NCBI GenBank assembly: GCA_964016885.1
Contig: OZ024740.1
Span: 213,218,001-213,282,000, forward strand
Reading direction: 5' to 3'
Source: Eledone cirrhosa
Lineage: Eukaryota
DNA length: 64,000 nucleotides
This document shows, in pieces, positions 62,901 through 64,000 of this stretch. The position numbers were made by a program, and so were the translations under genes. The first letter of the stretch is position 1. Every line of letters starts with the position of its first letter. The notes under the pieces were generated by a model. It saw only the letters and a program-made list of their open reading frames with translations. It made no database searches and was not told the DNA's origin.

Positions 62901-64000
62901 GAAGGAGTACAGGAGATATCAACCCTTTTGTTACCATATCTCCAATGAAATATACTGTACTTCAATGGAAGTAAGAGTACAGGAGATATCAACCCTTTTG
63001 TTACCATATCTCCAATGAAATATACTGTACTTCAATGGAAGTAGGAGTACAGGAGATATCAACCCTTTTGTTACCATATCTCCAATGAAATATACTGTAC
63101 TTCAATGGAAGTAGGAGTACAGGAGATATCAACCCTTTTGTTACCATGTCTCTAACAAAATATACTGTACTTCAATGGAAGTAGGAGTACAGGAGATATC
63201 AACCCTTTTGTTACCATATCTCTAACAAAATATACTGTACTTCAATGGAAGTAGGAGTACAGGAGATATGAGTACAGGAGATATCAACCCTTTTGTTACC
63301 ATATCTCTAACAAAATATACTGTACTTCAATGAAAGAAGGAGTACAGGAGATATGAGTACAGGAGATATCAACCCTTTTGTTACCATATCTCCAATGAAA
63401 TATACTGTACTTCAATGGAAGTAGGAGTACAGGAGATATCAACCCTTTTGTTATCATATCTCCAATGAAATATACTGTACTTCAATGGAAGTAGGAGTAC
63501 AGGAGATATCAACCCTTTTGTTACCATATCTCTAACAAAATATACTGTACTTCAATGAAAGAAGGAGTACAGGAGATATCAACCCTTTTGTTACCATATC
63601 TCCAATGAAATATACTGTACTTCAATGGAAGTAGGAGTACAGGAGATATCAACCCTTTTGTTACTATATCTCTAATGAAATATACTGTACTTCAATGGAA
63701 GTAGGAGTACAGGAGATATCAACCCTTTTGTTACCATATCTCCAATGAAATATACTGTACTTCAATGGAAGTAGGAGTACAGGAGATATCAACCCTTTTG
63801 TTACTATATCTCTAACAAAATATACTGTACTTCAATGGAAGTAGGAGTACAGGAGATATCAACCCTTTTGTTACCATATCTCTAACAAAATATACTGTAC
63901 TTCAATGGAATTAGTACAGGAGATATCAACCCTTTTGTTACTATATCTCTAATGAAATATACTGTACTTCAATGGAAGTAGGAGTACAGGAGATATCAAC
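59948..64000. repeat. 60-bp satellite, ~67 copies, runs off the window end
   Basis: Unit gagtacaggagatatcaacccttttgttaccatatctctaacaaaatatactgtacttcaatggaagtag (first and last bases overlap adjacent units), 60-bp period. Confidence 0.97.

Noticed and set aside
40861-64000. CRISPR-like arrays in the 45- and 60-bp repeats
   Set aside because: There are no unique spacers, only head-to-tail units with point variants. The context is eukaryotic with no cas genes.

Overview
AT-rich, microsatellite- and transposon-dense animal genomic DNA. The RTE LINEs, tRNA-derived SINEs and long (TA)n/(ATG)n tracts suggest a coleoid cephalopod, probably Octopus; this is inference. The only host gene I can support is a CDK4/6-family kinase on the minus strand. 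Six GT-AG coding exons (39190-39058, 37746-37579, 33557-33448, 30032-29982, 18098-17963, 7066-6728) splice in frame, with exon sizes and phases nearly identical to vertebrate CDK6. I found no N-terminal exon (GxGxYG/PxSTxRE) in the window. The introns and flanks hold a near full-length RTE LINE preceded by a 7x~394-bp array, many RTE/CR1/CRE/mariner fragments, two SINE families, piggyBac-type MITEs, several long inverted repeats and 45- and 60-bp minisatellites. The most notable unannotated signal is a set of type I hammerhead-ribozyme motifs in unrelated sequence contexts, read by eye: four with intact cores, an inverted pair with a U4C core and one mutated relic. One lies inside a ~430-bp terminally redundant retrozyme/Penelope-like unit. 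All structure calls are manual and need covariance-model and biochemical confirmation.
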